NCBI GenBank assembly: GCA_963768655.1
Contig: CAVYIM010000007.1
Coordinates: 160,001-224,000, forward strand
Length of the DNA stretch: 64,000 nt
Direction: 5' to 3'
From: an uncultured Chloroflexia bacterium
GTDB taxonomy: Bacteria > Chloroflexota > Limnocylindria > Limnocylindrales > CSP1-4
Shown here: piece by piece, positions 1-11,818 of the stretch
How the letters are laid out: the number at the start of each line of letters is the position of its first letter
Position numbering within the stretch: the stretch's first letter is position 1
The notes under the pieces: model-generated
Told to the model about the DNA's origin: nothing
The model's database searches: none
The model's input: only the letters and a program-made list of their open reading frames with translations
Program-made: the position numbers and the translations under genes

Positions 1-810
1 GGCATGGACCGCTTTCGGCGCGAGCCGGCCGCCGATCTCGACTACGACCTTCTGGTCGTGGGCGACTGCGGCGAGCTGGAGCGGATCGGGCCCGTGCTGG
101 AATCGCACCGGGCGCTCTTCGAGCGGGTGCCGATCCTCGACATCGACCACCACGTGTCGAACCGGCATTTCGGCGCCTTCGATTGGGTCGATCCGCGCAG
201 CTCGGCCACGTGCGAGATGGTGACCCTCCTGGCCTGGCGAATGGGCGTCCCGCTGACGGCGGCGGACGGGACGCTCGCGTCGGCCCTTGCGGCAGGCGTG
301 GTCATGGACACCGGCAACTTCCAGCACACCAATACGACGCCGCGCACCCTCGTAGTGGCCGCGGCCCTGCGCGAGGCGGGCGCGCCACTCAGCGAGATCG
401 CCCGCCGGATCTACCGCACCAAGCCCAACAGCCAGCTCGTTCTCTTCGGCCGCGTCCTGTCGAGGCTCGAGTCAGACTGCGGTGGCAGGCTGGTCTGGTC
501 CACGCTCGAACTGGCCGACCTGGCCGCGGCGGGGGCCGGCTCGGACGAGTCCGAGGGTCTCGTCGACATGCTCGCCCAGGCCCGCGACGCCGACGTCGCA
601 ATTCTCTTCAAGGAAGCTGACGGGGCGACACGCATGAGCGTCCGAACGCGCGACGGCGTGGATGCCACCGTGCTGACCGGCACGTTCGGCGGCGGCGGGC
701 ATGCTCGCGCCGCCGGGGCGACCGTCCGCCTGCCGCTGATCGAGGCGCGCCGCGTGGTGCTGGCTCGTGCCGTCGAACTGGTGGAAGCTGGCGGGCCGAA
801 GGCGCAATGA
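1..810 (+). CDS. nrnA: DHH/DHHA1 phosphoesterase (nanoRNase/pAp phosphatase), 5'-truncated by window edge
   Basis: IDHH, DTGNF and C-terminal GGGHARAAG motifs; usual position upstream of truB. Confidence 0.9.
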   Translation, partial: GMDRFRREPAADLDYDLLVVGDCGELERIGPVLESHRALFERVPILDIDHHVSNRHFGAFDWVDPRSSATCEMVTLLAWRMGVPLTAADGTLASALAAGVVMDTGNFQHTNTTPRTLVVAAALREAGAPLSEIARRIYRTKPNSQLVLFGRVLSRLESDCGGRLVWSTLELADLAAAGAGSDESEGLVDMLAQARDADVAILFKEADGATRMSVRTRDGVDATVLTGTFGGGGHARAAGATVRLPLIEARRVVLARAVELVEAGGPKAQ

Positions 811-2642
811 GCGACTTCGGCCGCGCCACGGAAGGCGGGATGGACGGGGTTCTCGTCCTGGCCAAGCCATCCGGCCCCACTTCACACGATATGGTCGGCC
901 TGATACGTCGCCTGAGCGGCACTCGGCGCGTTGGACACGGCGGCACACTCGATCCCTTCGCGTCCGGCGTCCTGCCCGTCTTTCTGGGACTCGGGACGCG
1001 CGTCGTCGAATACCACATGGGCGATGACAAGGCGTATCGAGCCACGATCTGCTTCGGTGCCAGCTCGCCCACGGACGATCGAGACGGGGAGCTCGTCCCC
1101 GGCGATGGGCCGGCGCCGGCTCGCGAGGCGGTCGTGGAGGCGCTCGCCGGATTCCGCGGGTCGGTCGAGCAGCGTCCGCCGGCGTTCAGCGCCATGAAGG
1201 TGGGCGGGCGGCGTGCCTATCAGCTGGCTCGACAGGGTCAGCCAGTCGCGCTCGCTTCTCGGACCGTCAGGATCGACCGACTCGAACTGGTCGAGTGGGA
1301 CGGCTCGGACCCGGATCGCCCCACCGCGGTCCTGGAGATCGAGTGCGGGGCCGGCACCTACGTCCGGTCGCTGGCGCGCGACCTCGGGGAGCGGCTGGGC
1401 TGCGGCGCCTATCTGGGAGCTCTCACGCGAACCCGCAGCGGGCCGTTCCGCCTGGAGGCGGCGCACGATCTCGACGCCGTGCGGGCCGCAGCCGCAGGCG
1501 GGCGAGTGGCCCTGGCCGGACTCCTGCTGCCGGTAGACGTCGGCCTCGAGTCGATCCCGGCCGCGCCCCTTGCCGACGACGAGGTGACGGCGACGGCGCG
1601 CGGCCAGCAGGTGAAGCCCGCGCAGCGGCCCCATGTCGAGCAGGGATCCAGGGTCAGGCTGGTTGATGCGCGCGGAGCACTCGTCGGCATCGGGTCATGG
1701 CGGTCAGGGCGGATCGTGCCGGAGAAGATGTTCGTCGTCCCGACCTCGGCGAATCGCCAGGTCGATGCCGAAGCGCCCGCTTCGCGGAGCCTGCCCGGCG
1801 AGCCGCGGCTGCAATACGCTCGAGCCGGTGTACCGCACGAGGTCGTCCCCGGAGTGGATGCGCTTCGGGCGGAGATGGGCCGGCTGTACGTTGCAGTGGG
1901 CGTCTTCGACGGCCTGCATCGGGGCCACCTCTACCTGCTGCGGGAGCTTCGTCATGCCGCGGCGCGTACAGATGCGAGGCCGGCCGTGATCACGTTCGAT
2001 GCTCATCCCGAAGAAGTCGTGATGGGGCTCGCACCGCCGCTGCTGTGCGATCCGGACGAGCGTCTCGTCCGACTTAGCGCCGCGGGCGCGGAGGTCACCG
2101 TCGTCCAGCATTTCGACCATTCGCTTCGCACGACCACGTATCAGGAGTTCGTCGCCCGCATCCGCGATCGAGTGGACCTGGCCGGCTTCGTGATGACGCC
2201 CGACGCCGCGTTCGGCTACGAGCGCCGCGGGACGCCCGAGGCGCTGACCGCACTGGGTCGGGAAGCGGGCTTCGAAGTCACCATCGTTCACTCGCTGCTC
2301 CTCGACGGCGAGCAGGTCCGCAGCTCGGAGATTCGAAGGCGCGTCGCTGCCGGCGATCTGGCGGCCGCCCAGCGGATGCTCGGCCGGCCGCTCTCGGTCA
2401 CGGGTTGCGTTGACGCGGCTGCGGGCCGCACAGGCGCGGTTCGCATCCGATTCGACCTGCCCGTCGTGCTGCCGCCGCCAGGCCGCTATGCGGTATTGGT
2501 CGGCGCGCCGTGGCAGGCGGATGCCCCGGCCCTCCGTGCCGACAGGCCCGCGACGGGCGTGGTGGACGCCGACGGGCTGACGCTCGAGGATGGGGCCTGG
2601 GAAGATCTGCCGGATCGTTTGAGAGTCGTCTTCAGCGCTTAA
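807..2642 (+). CDS. truB: tRNA pseudouridine(55) synthase fused in frame to an FAD synthetase (FMN adenylyltransferase) domain with degenerate kinase part
   Basis: GHGGTLDP and GTYVRSLARDLG (TruB); GVFDGLHRGH and VRSSEIR (RibF N-domain); single 611-aa ORF; no PTAN kinase motif. Confidence 0.85.
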   Translation: MSDFGRATEGGMDGVLVLAKPSGPTSHDMVGLIRRLSGTRRVGHGGTLDPFASGVLPVFLGLGTRVVEYHMGDDKAYRATICFGASSPTDDRDGELVPGDGPAPAREAVVEALAGFRGSVEQRPPAFSAMKVGGRRAYQLARQGQPVALASRTVRIDRLELVEWDGSDPDRPTAVLEIECGAGTYVRSLARDLGERLGCGAYLGALTRTRSGPFRLEAAHDLDAVRAAAAGGRVALAGLLLPVDVGLESIPAAPLADDEVTATARGQQVKPAQRPHVEQGSRVRLVDARGALVGIGSWRSGRIVPEKMFVVPTSANRQVDAEAPASRSLPGEPRLQYARAGVPHEVVPGVDALRAEMGRLYVAVGVFDGLHRGHLYLLRELRHAAARTDARPAVITFDAHPEEVVMGLAPPLLCDPDERLVRLSAAGAEVTVVQHFDHSLRTTTYQEFVARIRDRVDLAGFVMTPDAAFGYERRGTPEALTALGREAGFEVTIVHSLLLDGEQVRSSEIRRRVAAGDLAAAQRMLGRPLSVTGCVDAAAGRTGAVRIRFDLPVVLPPPGRYAVLVGAPWQADAPALRADRPATGVVDADGLTLEDGAWEDLPDRLRVVFSA

Positions 2643-2756
2643 CGGAGTGGCCCGGGGTCTCGCCCGTCTGGCGCGGGGCGGCGAAGCCTGCTACCATCCG
2701 CCAGGCATTTAGAGAGAAGAATCATCCACGTTCTAGAGAGCTAGTCGGAGGATCGT

Positions 2757-3026
2757 GTGCCGCTCGCGCGGGAAGCGAAGGAACAGGTGATCTCGGATTA
2801 CGCCGTCCATGAGGGCGACACTGGCTCCGCAGAGGTGCAGATTGCGCTCCTGACCGAAAGGATCAAGGAGCTCACGGAGCATCTGCGGGGCTTTCCGAAG
2901 GACAACCAGTCCCGCCGCGGCCTCCTCAAGCTCGTCGGACAGCGAAGGCGCCTTCTTGCTTACCTGATCAAGAAGGACAACGCCCGCTATCGCGCCGTCA
3001 TCGCACGGCTCGGACTTCGCCGCTAG
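2757..3026 (+). CDS. rpsO: 30S ribosomal protein S15
   Basis: [16 protein letters not shown]...[19 protein letters not shown]; GGAGG RBS before GTG. Confidence 0.98.
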   Translation: MPLAREAKEQVISDYAVHEGDTGSAEVQIALLTERIKELTEHLRGFPKDNQSRRGLLKLVGQRRRLLAYLIKKDNARYRAVIARLGLRR

Positions 3027-3033
3027 CGCTGCA

Positions 3034-3083
3034 GCCGAGGCGCGGGGCAGAGACCTCGCGCAGGTGCGGCTCACGCGCTCGGC
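3034..3083 (+). promoter_or_regulatory. Stem-loop in rpsO-pnp intergenic region (possible processing/autoregulatory leader)
   Basis: GCCGAG-G-CGCG (3034-3044) pairs with CGCG-CTCGGC (3074-3083). Confidence 0.4.
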
Positions 3084-3142
3084 CGGTCCAGGCGAGTTTC
3101 GGAACACCGTCCGTCCTCCTGGCTCAGGAGGAATACAAGCCC

Positions 3143-5731
3143 GTGTCTCAAACATTCGAGACGCAGTTCGCAGGACGCACCCTCAGCATCGAGACCGGCA
3201 AGCTGGCCATGCTCGCCGGCGGTGCCGTCACGGTCCGCTTCGGCGACACGATGGTGCTCGGCACCGCAAACCGGGCCGATCCGCGGCCCGGCCTCGACTT
3301 CTTCCCCCTCACGGTCGAGTTCGAAGAGCGCATGTACGCCGCCGGCAAGATCCCGGGCGGTTTCATCAAGCGTGAGTCGCGTCCGTCGGAGCAGGCCATC
3401 CTGGCCTGCCGCCTGACCGACCGCCCGATCCGGCCGCTCTTCCCCGAGGGCTACAAGGACGACATCCAGATCGTGATCACGGTCCTTTCCACGGACCAGG
3501 AGAACCAGACCGACGTCCTCGGCACGTTTGCCGCGTCGTGCGCTCTGACGATCAGCGCCATCCCGTTCCTCGGACCCATCGGCGCCGTCCGTATCGGCCG
3601 CATCGACGGCGAGTTCGTCGTCAATCCGACGATCAGCGACCTCGAGCGCTCCGACATCGACCTCATCGTGTCGGGGACTCGCGACGCGATCATGATGGTC
3701 GAGGCCGGTGCCTCGATCGTCCCCGAAGACGTCATGGCCGACGCCATCCTCTTCGGCCATCGCGCCCTCCAGCCGCTCATCGACATCCAGGATGAGATGC
3801 GCGCGGCCGTCGGCAAGCCCAAGACGGTGGGTTACCTCGAGCCGGGCACCGCTTCGGTCCTCGAGTTCGTCCACAAGGTGAGCGAACGTGGCGCCGAGTT
3901 CGTCGTCCTGGACACCGAGACGACCGGCCGCGACGCCAAGATGGCGGACCTCGTCGAGATCGGCGCAGTGCGTGTCCGCGACGGCGAGATAGTCGACCGC
4001 TTCTCCACCTTCGTGAACCCGGGCCGCACGATCTTCGGCGCCCAGATGCACGGCATCACGGACGCGGACGTGGCCGGCGCCCCGGCCCCGCGCGACGCCG
4101 CGCTGCGTTTCCTCGAGTTCGCCGGCACGAGCAGCCTGATCGGGCACAACGTCGGCTTCGACCTGGGCTTCATCGAGCAGGCGCTCGGCGAACCCGGCAA
4201 GTTCGCCGAGGCGAGCTACTTCGACACTCTGGCCATCGCCCGCGAAGGCTACCCGGATCTCGAGTCGTACAAGCTTGGCGACATCGCCCGCTTCTTCAAT
4301 CTCACGGTCGAGACGGCCCATCGCGGTCTTGCCGACGCCGAGACCACGGCCGCCATTCTGGCCGAGTTCGCCAGGGATTTGCCGCCGCGCATCCAGCTGC
4401 TCGAAGACGCCATCGCCGTCTCCATCCGGGCCAACCGCCAGGAAGGCCAGGACTCGGCGGCCCTGCTCGAAGCCGCACGTCGCCAGGCGCGCGTCAGCAA
4501 GAGCCTCTTCCAGCTCGTCCAGAAGAAGACCGTCCGCAAGCTGATCTTCGACGAGGGCATCCGCATGGATGGCCGCGGCGTCGACGACATTCGCCCGATC
4601 TCCGTTGAGGTCGGCGTGCTGCCACGAGCCCACGGCTCCGGTCTGTTCACGCGCGGCCAGACCCAGGCCCTGACGGTGGCCACGCTGGGTCCCGCTTCGG
4701 ACGTCCAGCGGATCGACACGATCAGCCCCGAGACGGAGAAGCGGTATCTACACCACTACAACATGCCGCCGTACAGCACCGGCGAGAACAAGCCGATGCG
4801 CGGTCCCGGTCGGCGCGAGATCGGTCACGGCCACCTCGCCGAGCGGGCACTGCTGCCGGTCCTGCCGTCGGAGGACGAGTTTCCGTACGTCATCCGCCTC
4901 GTCAGCGAGTGCGTGACCTCGAACGGTTCGACCTCGATGGCCTCGACCTGCGGTTCCAGCCTGGCCCTCATGGACGCCGGCGTGCCGATCAAGGCCGCCG
5001 TCGGCGGCGCCGCGATGGGCCTGATCAGCGAGCCGGACGGACGGTTCGTGATCCTGACCGACATCCTCGGCAAGGAAGACGCCTTCGGCGACATGGATTT
5101 CAAAGTGACCGGCACCCGCGAGGGCGTGACGGCGCTGCAGATGGACATCAAGGTCAAGGGCATCAGCGAGGCGATCATCCGCCAGGGCCTGGAGAAGGCC
5201 CACGCCGCTCGAATGGCGATCCTCGACAAGATGGATGCGGTCATCCCGGCGAGCCGCACGGAGATGAGCAACTTCGCGCCTCGCATCATCACCATCAAGA
5301 TCAATCCCGAGAAGATCCGCGACATCATCGGCAAGGGCGGCTCCGTGATCCGCAAGATCCAGGAGGAGACCGGCACCGAGATCAACGTGGAGGATGACGG
5401 CACGGTCCAGATCGCCGCGGTGTCGGGTGAGAACTCGCGCAAGGCGGTCCAGTGGATCGAGTCGCTCACTCGCGACGTGGAGATCGGCGGCCTGTATCTG
5501 GGCAAGGTGACCCGGATCATGGGCTTCGGCTGCTTCGTGGAAATCCTGCCGGGCAAGGAGGGCCTGGTCCGGATCGGAGAGCTGGCCGACTACCACGTGC
5601 CCACAGTCGAGGACGTGGTTTCAGTCGGCGACGAGGTCATGGTCGTGGTCACCGAGATCGACAGGCAGGGCCGCGTCAATCTCTCCCGCAAGGCCGCGAT
5701 GCAGCGTCATCTGGCCCGCACCGAGAGCTGA
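3143..5731 (+). CDS. pnp: Polynucleotide phosphorylase with internal DEDDh exonuclease domain
   Basis: FFPLTV, KIPGGFIKRE, RREIGHG, SNGSTSMAS, GDMDFKV, KH (IIGKGG) and S1 motifs; insert ~3896-4369 with VLDTETTG / GHNVGFD / HRGLAD. Confidence 0.97.
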   Translation: MSQTFETQFAGRTLSIETGKLAMLAGGAVTVRFGDTMVLGTANRADPRPGLDFFPLTVEFEERMYAAGKIPGGFIKRESRPSEQAILACRLTDRPIRPLFPEGYKDDIQIVITVLSTDQENQTDVLGTFAASCALTISAIPFLGPIGAVRIGRIDGEFVVNPTISDLERSDIDLIVSGTRDAIMMVEAGASIVPEDVMADAILFGHRALQPLIDIQDEMRAAVGKPKTVGYLEPGTASVLEFVHKVSERGAEFVVLDTETTGRDAKMADLVEIGAVRVRDGEIVDRFSTFVNPGRTIFGAQMHGITDADVAGAPAPRDAALRFLEFAGTSSLIGHNVGFDLGFIEQALGEPGKFAEASYFDTLAIAREGYPDLESYKLGDIARFFNLTVETAHRGLADAETTAAILAEFARDLPPRIQLLEDAIAVSIRANRQEGQDSAALLEAARRQARVSKSLFQLVQKKTVRKLIFDEGIRMDGRGVDDIRPISVEVGVLPRAHGSGLFTRGQTQALTVATLGPASDVQRIDTISPETEKRYLHHYNMPPYSTGENKPMRGPGRREIGHGHLAERALLPVLPSEDEFPYVIRLVSECVTSNGSTSMASTCGSSLALMDAGVPIKAAVGGAAMGLISEPDGRFVILTDILGKEDAFGDMDFKVTGTREGVTALQMDIKVKGISEAIIRQGLEKAHAARMAILDKMDAVIPASRTEMSNFAPRIITIKINPEKIRDIIGKGGSVIRKIQEETGTEINVEDDGTVQIAAVSGENSRKAVQWIESLTRDVEIGGLYLGKVTRIMGFGCFVEILPGKEGLVRIGELADYHVPTVEDVVSVGDEVMVVVTEIDRQGRVNLSRKAAMQRHLARTES

Positions 5732-5749
5732 GACCGAACCTGGTTCAGT

Positions 5750-5790
5750 GGCCGGTGGATCAGCCGCGAGGCCGGTCCACCGGTCGTTCT
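5750..5790 (+). terminator. Probable terminator hairpin after pnp
   Basis: GGCCGGTGGATC / GGTCCACCGGTC stem with inner GCC-GCGA-GGC (GNRA loop); weak GTTCT tail. Confidence 0.55.
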
Positions 5791-5908
5791 ATACACGGGG
5801 TGCATATCCATCCGCATCGCAGTCAGCGTATGCACGTCCGGACCAGCCTGACCCGGTCCGCTGGTATACTTCTGGGCGTGCCCGCAAGCCCAGAAGAGTA
5901 GTGGAGCC

Positions 5909-6982
5909 ATGTCCCGAGAAGCTCAACCGCTGACCGTCGCGGTCGTCGGCGCCACTGGAGTCGTCGGACGGACGATGATTCAAGTCCTCTCCGAGCGGCA
6001 CTTTCCCGTCGGTGAGCTTCGCTTGCTCGCCTCCGGCCGATCCGCCGGATCGACCGTCAGCGCGGACGGGCGGACTCTCACGGTGGACGAGGCGGTCCCC
6101 GAGGCCTTCGACGGTGTGGACATCGCCCTCTTCTCGGCCGGGACGGACGTGTCGAGGCAGCTGGCCCCTGAGGCGGCGAAGCGGGGCGCCACCGTCATCG
6201 ACAACTCCAACGCCTGGCGGATGGATGCCGCGGTGCCGCTCATCGTCAGCCAGGTGAACCCGGAGGACGGGGAGTGGCACGAGGGCATCGTCGCCAACCC
6301 CAACTGCTCGACGATGCAGCTCGTGCCCGTTCTGATGGCGCTGCGGGATACGGTCGGCCTGGAGCGAGTCGTGGTCGACACGTATCAGTCGGTTTCGGGC
6401 ACCGGCGCCGAGGCGCTGGCCGAGCTCGAGAACCAGATCCGCGCTCACGTCGCGGGGCAGCCCAAAGTCGCGTCGGTCTACCCGCACGCGATCGCGTTCA
6501 ACGCGCTGCCCGAGATCGACGTCTTCCTCGACAACGGCTACACCCGCGAGGAGTGGAAGGTCGTCACCGAGAGCCGCAAGATCCTCCATCTGCCGGAGTT
6601 GCGGGTCTCGTGCACGGCTGTCCGTGTGCCCGTCTTCGTGAGCCACTCGGAAGCGGTCCACGTCGAGACGACCCGCCCCATAACTCCGGACGAAGCGCGG
6701 CGAGCCTTCGCGGCTGTCCCCGGCGTCGTGGTGATCGACGATCCGGCGAGCCACGCTTATCCGATCGCCACTCAGGCCGCCGGCTCGGACGACGTCTTCG
6801 TCGGCCGAGTCCGAACCGATCCCTCGGTCGAGCGCGGCATTGCGTTCTGGGTGGTCAGCGACAACCTGCGTAAGGGCGCCGCCACGAACGCCGTGGAGAT
6901 CGCCGAGACCCTTCTGGAGCGTGGCTGGGTGCAGGCACGCTCCCGACGGGCGGCCCCGAGCGGGGCCGGGGGAGCCTCATGA
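5909..6982 (+). CDS. asd: Aspartate-semialdehyde dehydrogenase
   Basis: VVGATGVVG, ANPNCST, SDNLRKGAATNAV; extended -10 TGGTATACT upstream. Confidence 0.97.
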   Translation: MSREAQPLTVAVVGATGVVGRTMIQVLSERHFPVGELRLLASGRSAGSTVSADGRTLTVDEAVPEAFDGVDIALFSAGTDVSRQLAPEAAKRGATVIDNSNAWRMDAAVPLIVSQVNPEDGEWHEGIVANPNCSTMQLVPVLMALRDTVGLERVVVDTYQSVSGTGAEALAELENQIRAHVAGQPKVASVYPHAIAFNALPEIDVFLDNGYTREEWKVVTESRKILHLPELRVSCTAVRVPVFVSHSEAVHVETTRPITPDEARRAFAAVPGVVVIDDPASHAYPIATQAAGSDDVFVGRVRTDPSVERGIAFWVVSDNLRKGAATNAVEIAETLLERGWVQARSRRAAPSGAGGAS

Positions 6983-7737
6983 GGGATGCCGAGCGTCAGG
7001 CGGCGCTCGACGCAATAGGGGCGGAGGTCGCGACGTGCGCGCGCTGCCGCCTCCACGAAGGTCGGACGCGGGCGGTGCCGGGGGAGGGCACGGCTGCAAC
7101 CGAAGTCATCTTCGTGGGCGAGGGCCCGGGCTTCAACGAGGACCGCCAGGGCCGCCCGTTCGTTGGTCAGGCCGGCTCGCTCCTCGACGAGTTGCTGGCC
7201 TCGGTCCTGTGGTCGCGTGACGAGGTCTTCATCACCAACGTGGTCAAGTGCCGCCCGCCCGGCAACCGCGATCCGGAGCCCGACGAGATCGCGGCCTGCG
7301 CGCCCTACCTGACGCGCCAGCTCGAGGCTCTCGATCCGGCTCTCGTGGTCACGCTCGGCCGTTTCTCGATGGCTCGTTTCAGCCCCGGCGCGCGGATTGG
7401 GCAGGTCCATGGCACGTTCCGGCCCGCCGACGCCGCGTCCGGCGCGCCGAAGGCGCTGACCTTCGCGATGTACCATCCGGCGGCCGCGCTGCATCAGGGG
7501 TCGCTGAAACAGACCCTGGTCGCCGACATGCAGGGCGTGCCCGGCGCGCTGACCGAGGCCCGCGCCCTGCGGGCCGCCCGCCAGGACCAGGATGAACTAT
7601 CCGCAACGAATGCCCCGGCGCTGTCTCCGGTCGCTGAGGCCGCCACGGCCGCCACAGCGAACCCGGAATCTTCACGGGCCGTTGCCGCCGAGCCGGGCGT
7701 CGAATTCGACCCGACGGCCCAGCTCGGCCTCTTCTAG
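6979..7737 (+). CDS. Uracil-DNA glycosylase family 4 (Fe-S)
   Basis: CARC, GEGPG, GRPFVG, NVVKCRPPGNR, YHPAA. Confidence 0.93.
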   Translation: MRDAERQAALDAIGAEVATCARCRLHEGRTRAVPGEGTAATEVIFVGEGPGFNEDRQGRPFVGQAGSLLDELLASVLWSRDEVFITNVVKCRPPGNRDPEPDEIAACAPYLTRQLEALDPALVVTLGRFSMARFSPGARIGQVHGTFRPADAASGAPKALTFAMYHPAAALHQGSLKQTLVADMQGVPGALTEARALRAARQDQDELSATNAPALSPVAEAATAATANPESSRAVAAEPGVEFDPTAQLGLF

Positions 7738-7775
7738 GATGGACAGAACCGTTACGTCCCGTCACTCGAGCACCG

Positions 7776-9444
7776 ATGCCTGAATCACAGATACCGCTTC
7801 GAATCATCCCCCTCGGAGGCGTGGGGGAGATCGGCAAGAACATGTACGTCTTCGAGTATGGCGACGACATCGTCGTCGTCGACTGTGGACTCATGTTCCC
7901 CGATGAGGAGATGTTCGGGATCGATCTGGTGATCCCCGACGTCACCTACCTGCGCGAGAACCGAGAGAAGGTCCGCGCCTTCCTGATCACTCACGCCCAC
8001 GAGGATCACGTCGGCGGGCTGCCATACGTGCTCCCGTACTTCCCCGGCGTGCCCGTGTATGCGTCAACGCTGGCCCGCGGCCTGCTCGGCATCAAGATCA
8101 AGGAGCACAAGCTCCACAACAACCCGCTCTTGCCCCTGGATCCGGGCGACAACCTCGAGATCGGGCCGTTCCGCGTCGAGCCGTTCCGGATCAGCCACTC
8201 GAATTCCGGACGCGATGGGAATCGCCCTCCACACGCCGATCGGGACGGTCGTCACGACGGGCGACTTCAAGTTCGACCACACGCCGGTCGACGGCCGCCG
8301 GTCCGACTTTGCCATGCTTTCGCGCCTGGGCGAGGACGGCGTGGTCTGCCTGCTCTCAGATTCGACTCGGGCCGAGAGTCCCGGCTACACGCTCTCTGAG
8401 CGGACCGTCGGTGAGACCTTCCGCGAGATCATGGAGCCGCTGGACGGCCGGGTCATCGTGGCCACGTTCGCCAGCAACATCGCCCGCATCCAGCAGGTCA
8501 TCGACGCCGCCGCGACGTTCGACCGCAAGGTCGCGGTCGTGGGCCGCTCCATGGAGCAGAATTTTCGCATCGCGACTGACCTTGGGTACCTGACGTATGC
8601 CCCAGGCCAGATCGTGGGCAAGGATCAGATCGGGTCCACGGCGGCGGACAAGATCGTCATCGCCACGACCGGCGCCCAGGGGGAGCCAATGGCCGGCCTG
8701 GCCCGCATGGCCAACCGCGACCACCGCTTCGTTGAGATCCAGCCGGGCGACACCGTAATCGTCAGCGCCAGCCCGATCCCCGGCAACGAAGAGTATGTGG
8801 CTCGGACCATCGACAACCTCTTCAAGGCCGGCGCCAATGTCTACTACCACACCGTCAAGCACGCCCACGTTTCGGGCCACGCCAGCCAGGAAGAGCTGAA
8901 ACTGATGCTGGGCCTGACCAGGCCGAAGTACTTCATCCCGATTCACGGCGAATTCCGGATGCTTGTCCAGCACGGCCGCCTCGCCGTGGAGACCGGGGTG
9001 GCCCCTGAGAACGTGTTCATCATCGAGAACGGCCAGGCCATCGAGTTCTTCGCGGACGGCACCGCCCGGCGCGCCGCCCCCGTAACCTCCGGCTACGTGC
9101 TCGTGGACGGGCTGTCCGTCGGCGACGTCGGCGAAGTGGTCCTGCGCGACAGGCGGGCGCTCGCCAGCGACGGCATGTTCATCATCGTCGTGACCGTGGA
9201 TAAGCAGACCGGGAAAGTGGTGGCTCGGCCCGAGATCGTGACTCGCGGCTTCATACACGGGAACGAGCGAGACCCGCTCATCGACGGGGCGGTGGAGCAC
9301 ATCATGGCCGCGGTCGAGAGCCCGGGCGATCGGACCAGCGAGGTGGGCCTTCTCAAGAGCCAGATCAAGGACGAAGTGTCGCGGTATCTCTACGAGCAGA
9401 CGCGGCGGCGGCCGCTCGTCTTCCCGGTCGTGGTGGAGGTCTGA
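7776..9444 (+). CDS. rnj: Ribonuclease J, split by one extra A at ~8202 (probable sequencing error)
   Basis: PLGGVGEIGKN and THAHEDH in ORF 7776; TGDFKFD and HVSGHA in ORF 8059; removing one A restores ISHSIPDAMG. Confidence 0.93.

Positions 9445-11814
<2,370 letters not shown>

Positions 11815-11818
<4 letters not shown>

Noticed and set aside
3896-4369. PNPase insert as an intein or homing endonuclease
   Set aside because: No C/S...HN-C/S/T splice junctions and no LAGLIDADG/HNH motifs; the motifs are DEDDh.
5736-5746. GAAC-CTG-GTTC as an SOS box
   Set aside because: Spacer is 3 bp rather than 4, and it lies just after the pnp stop.
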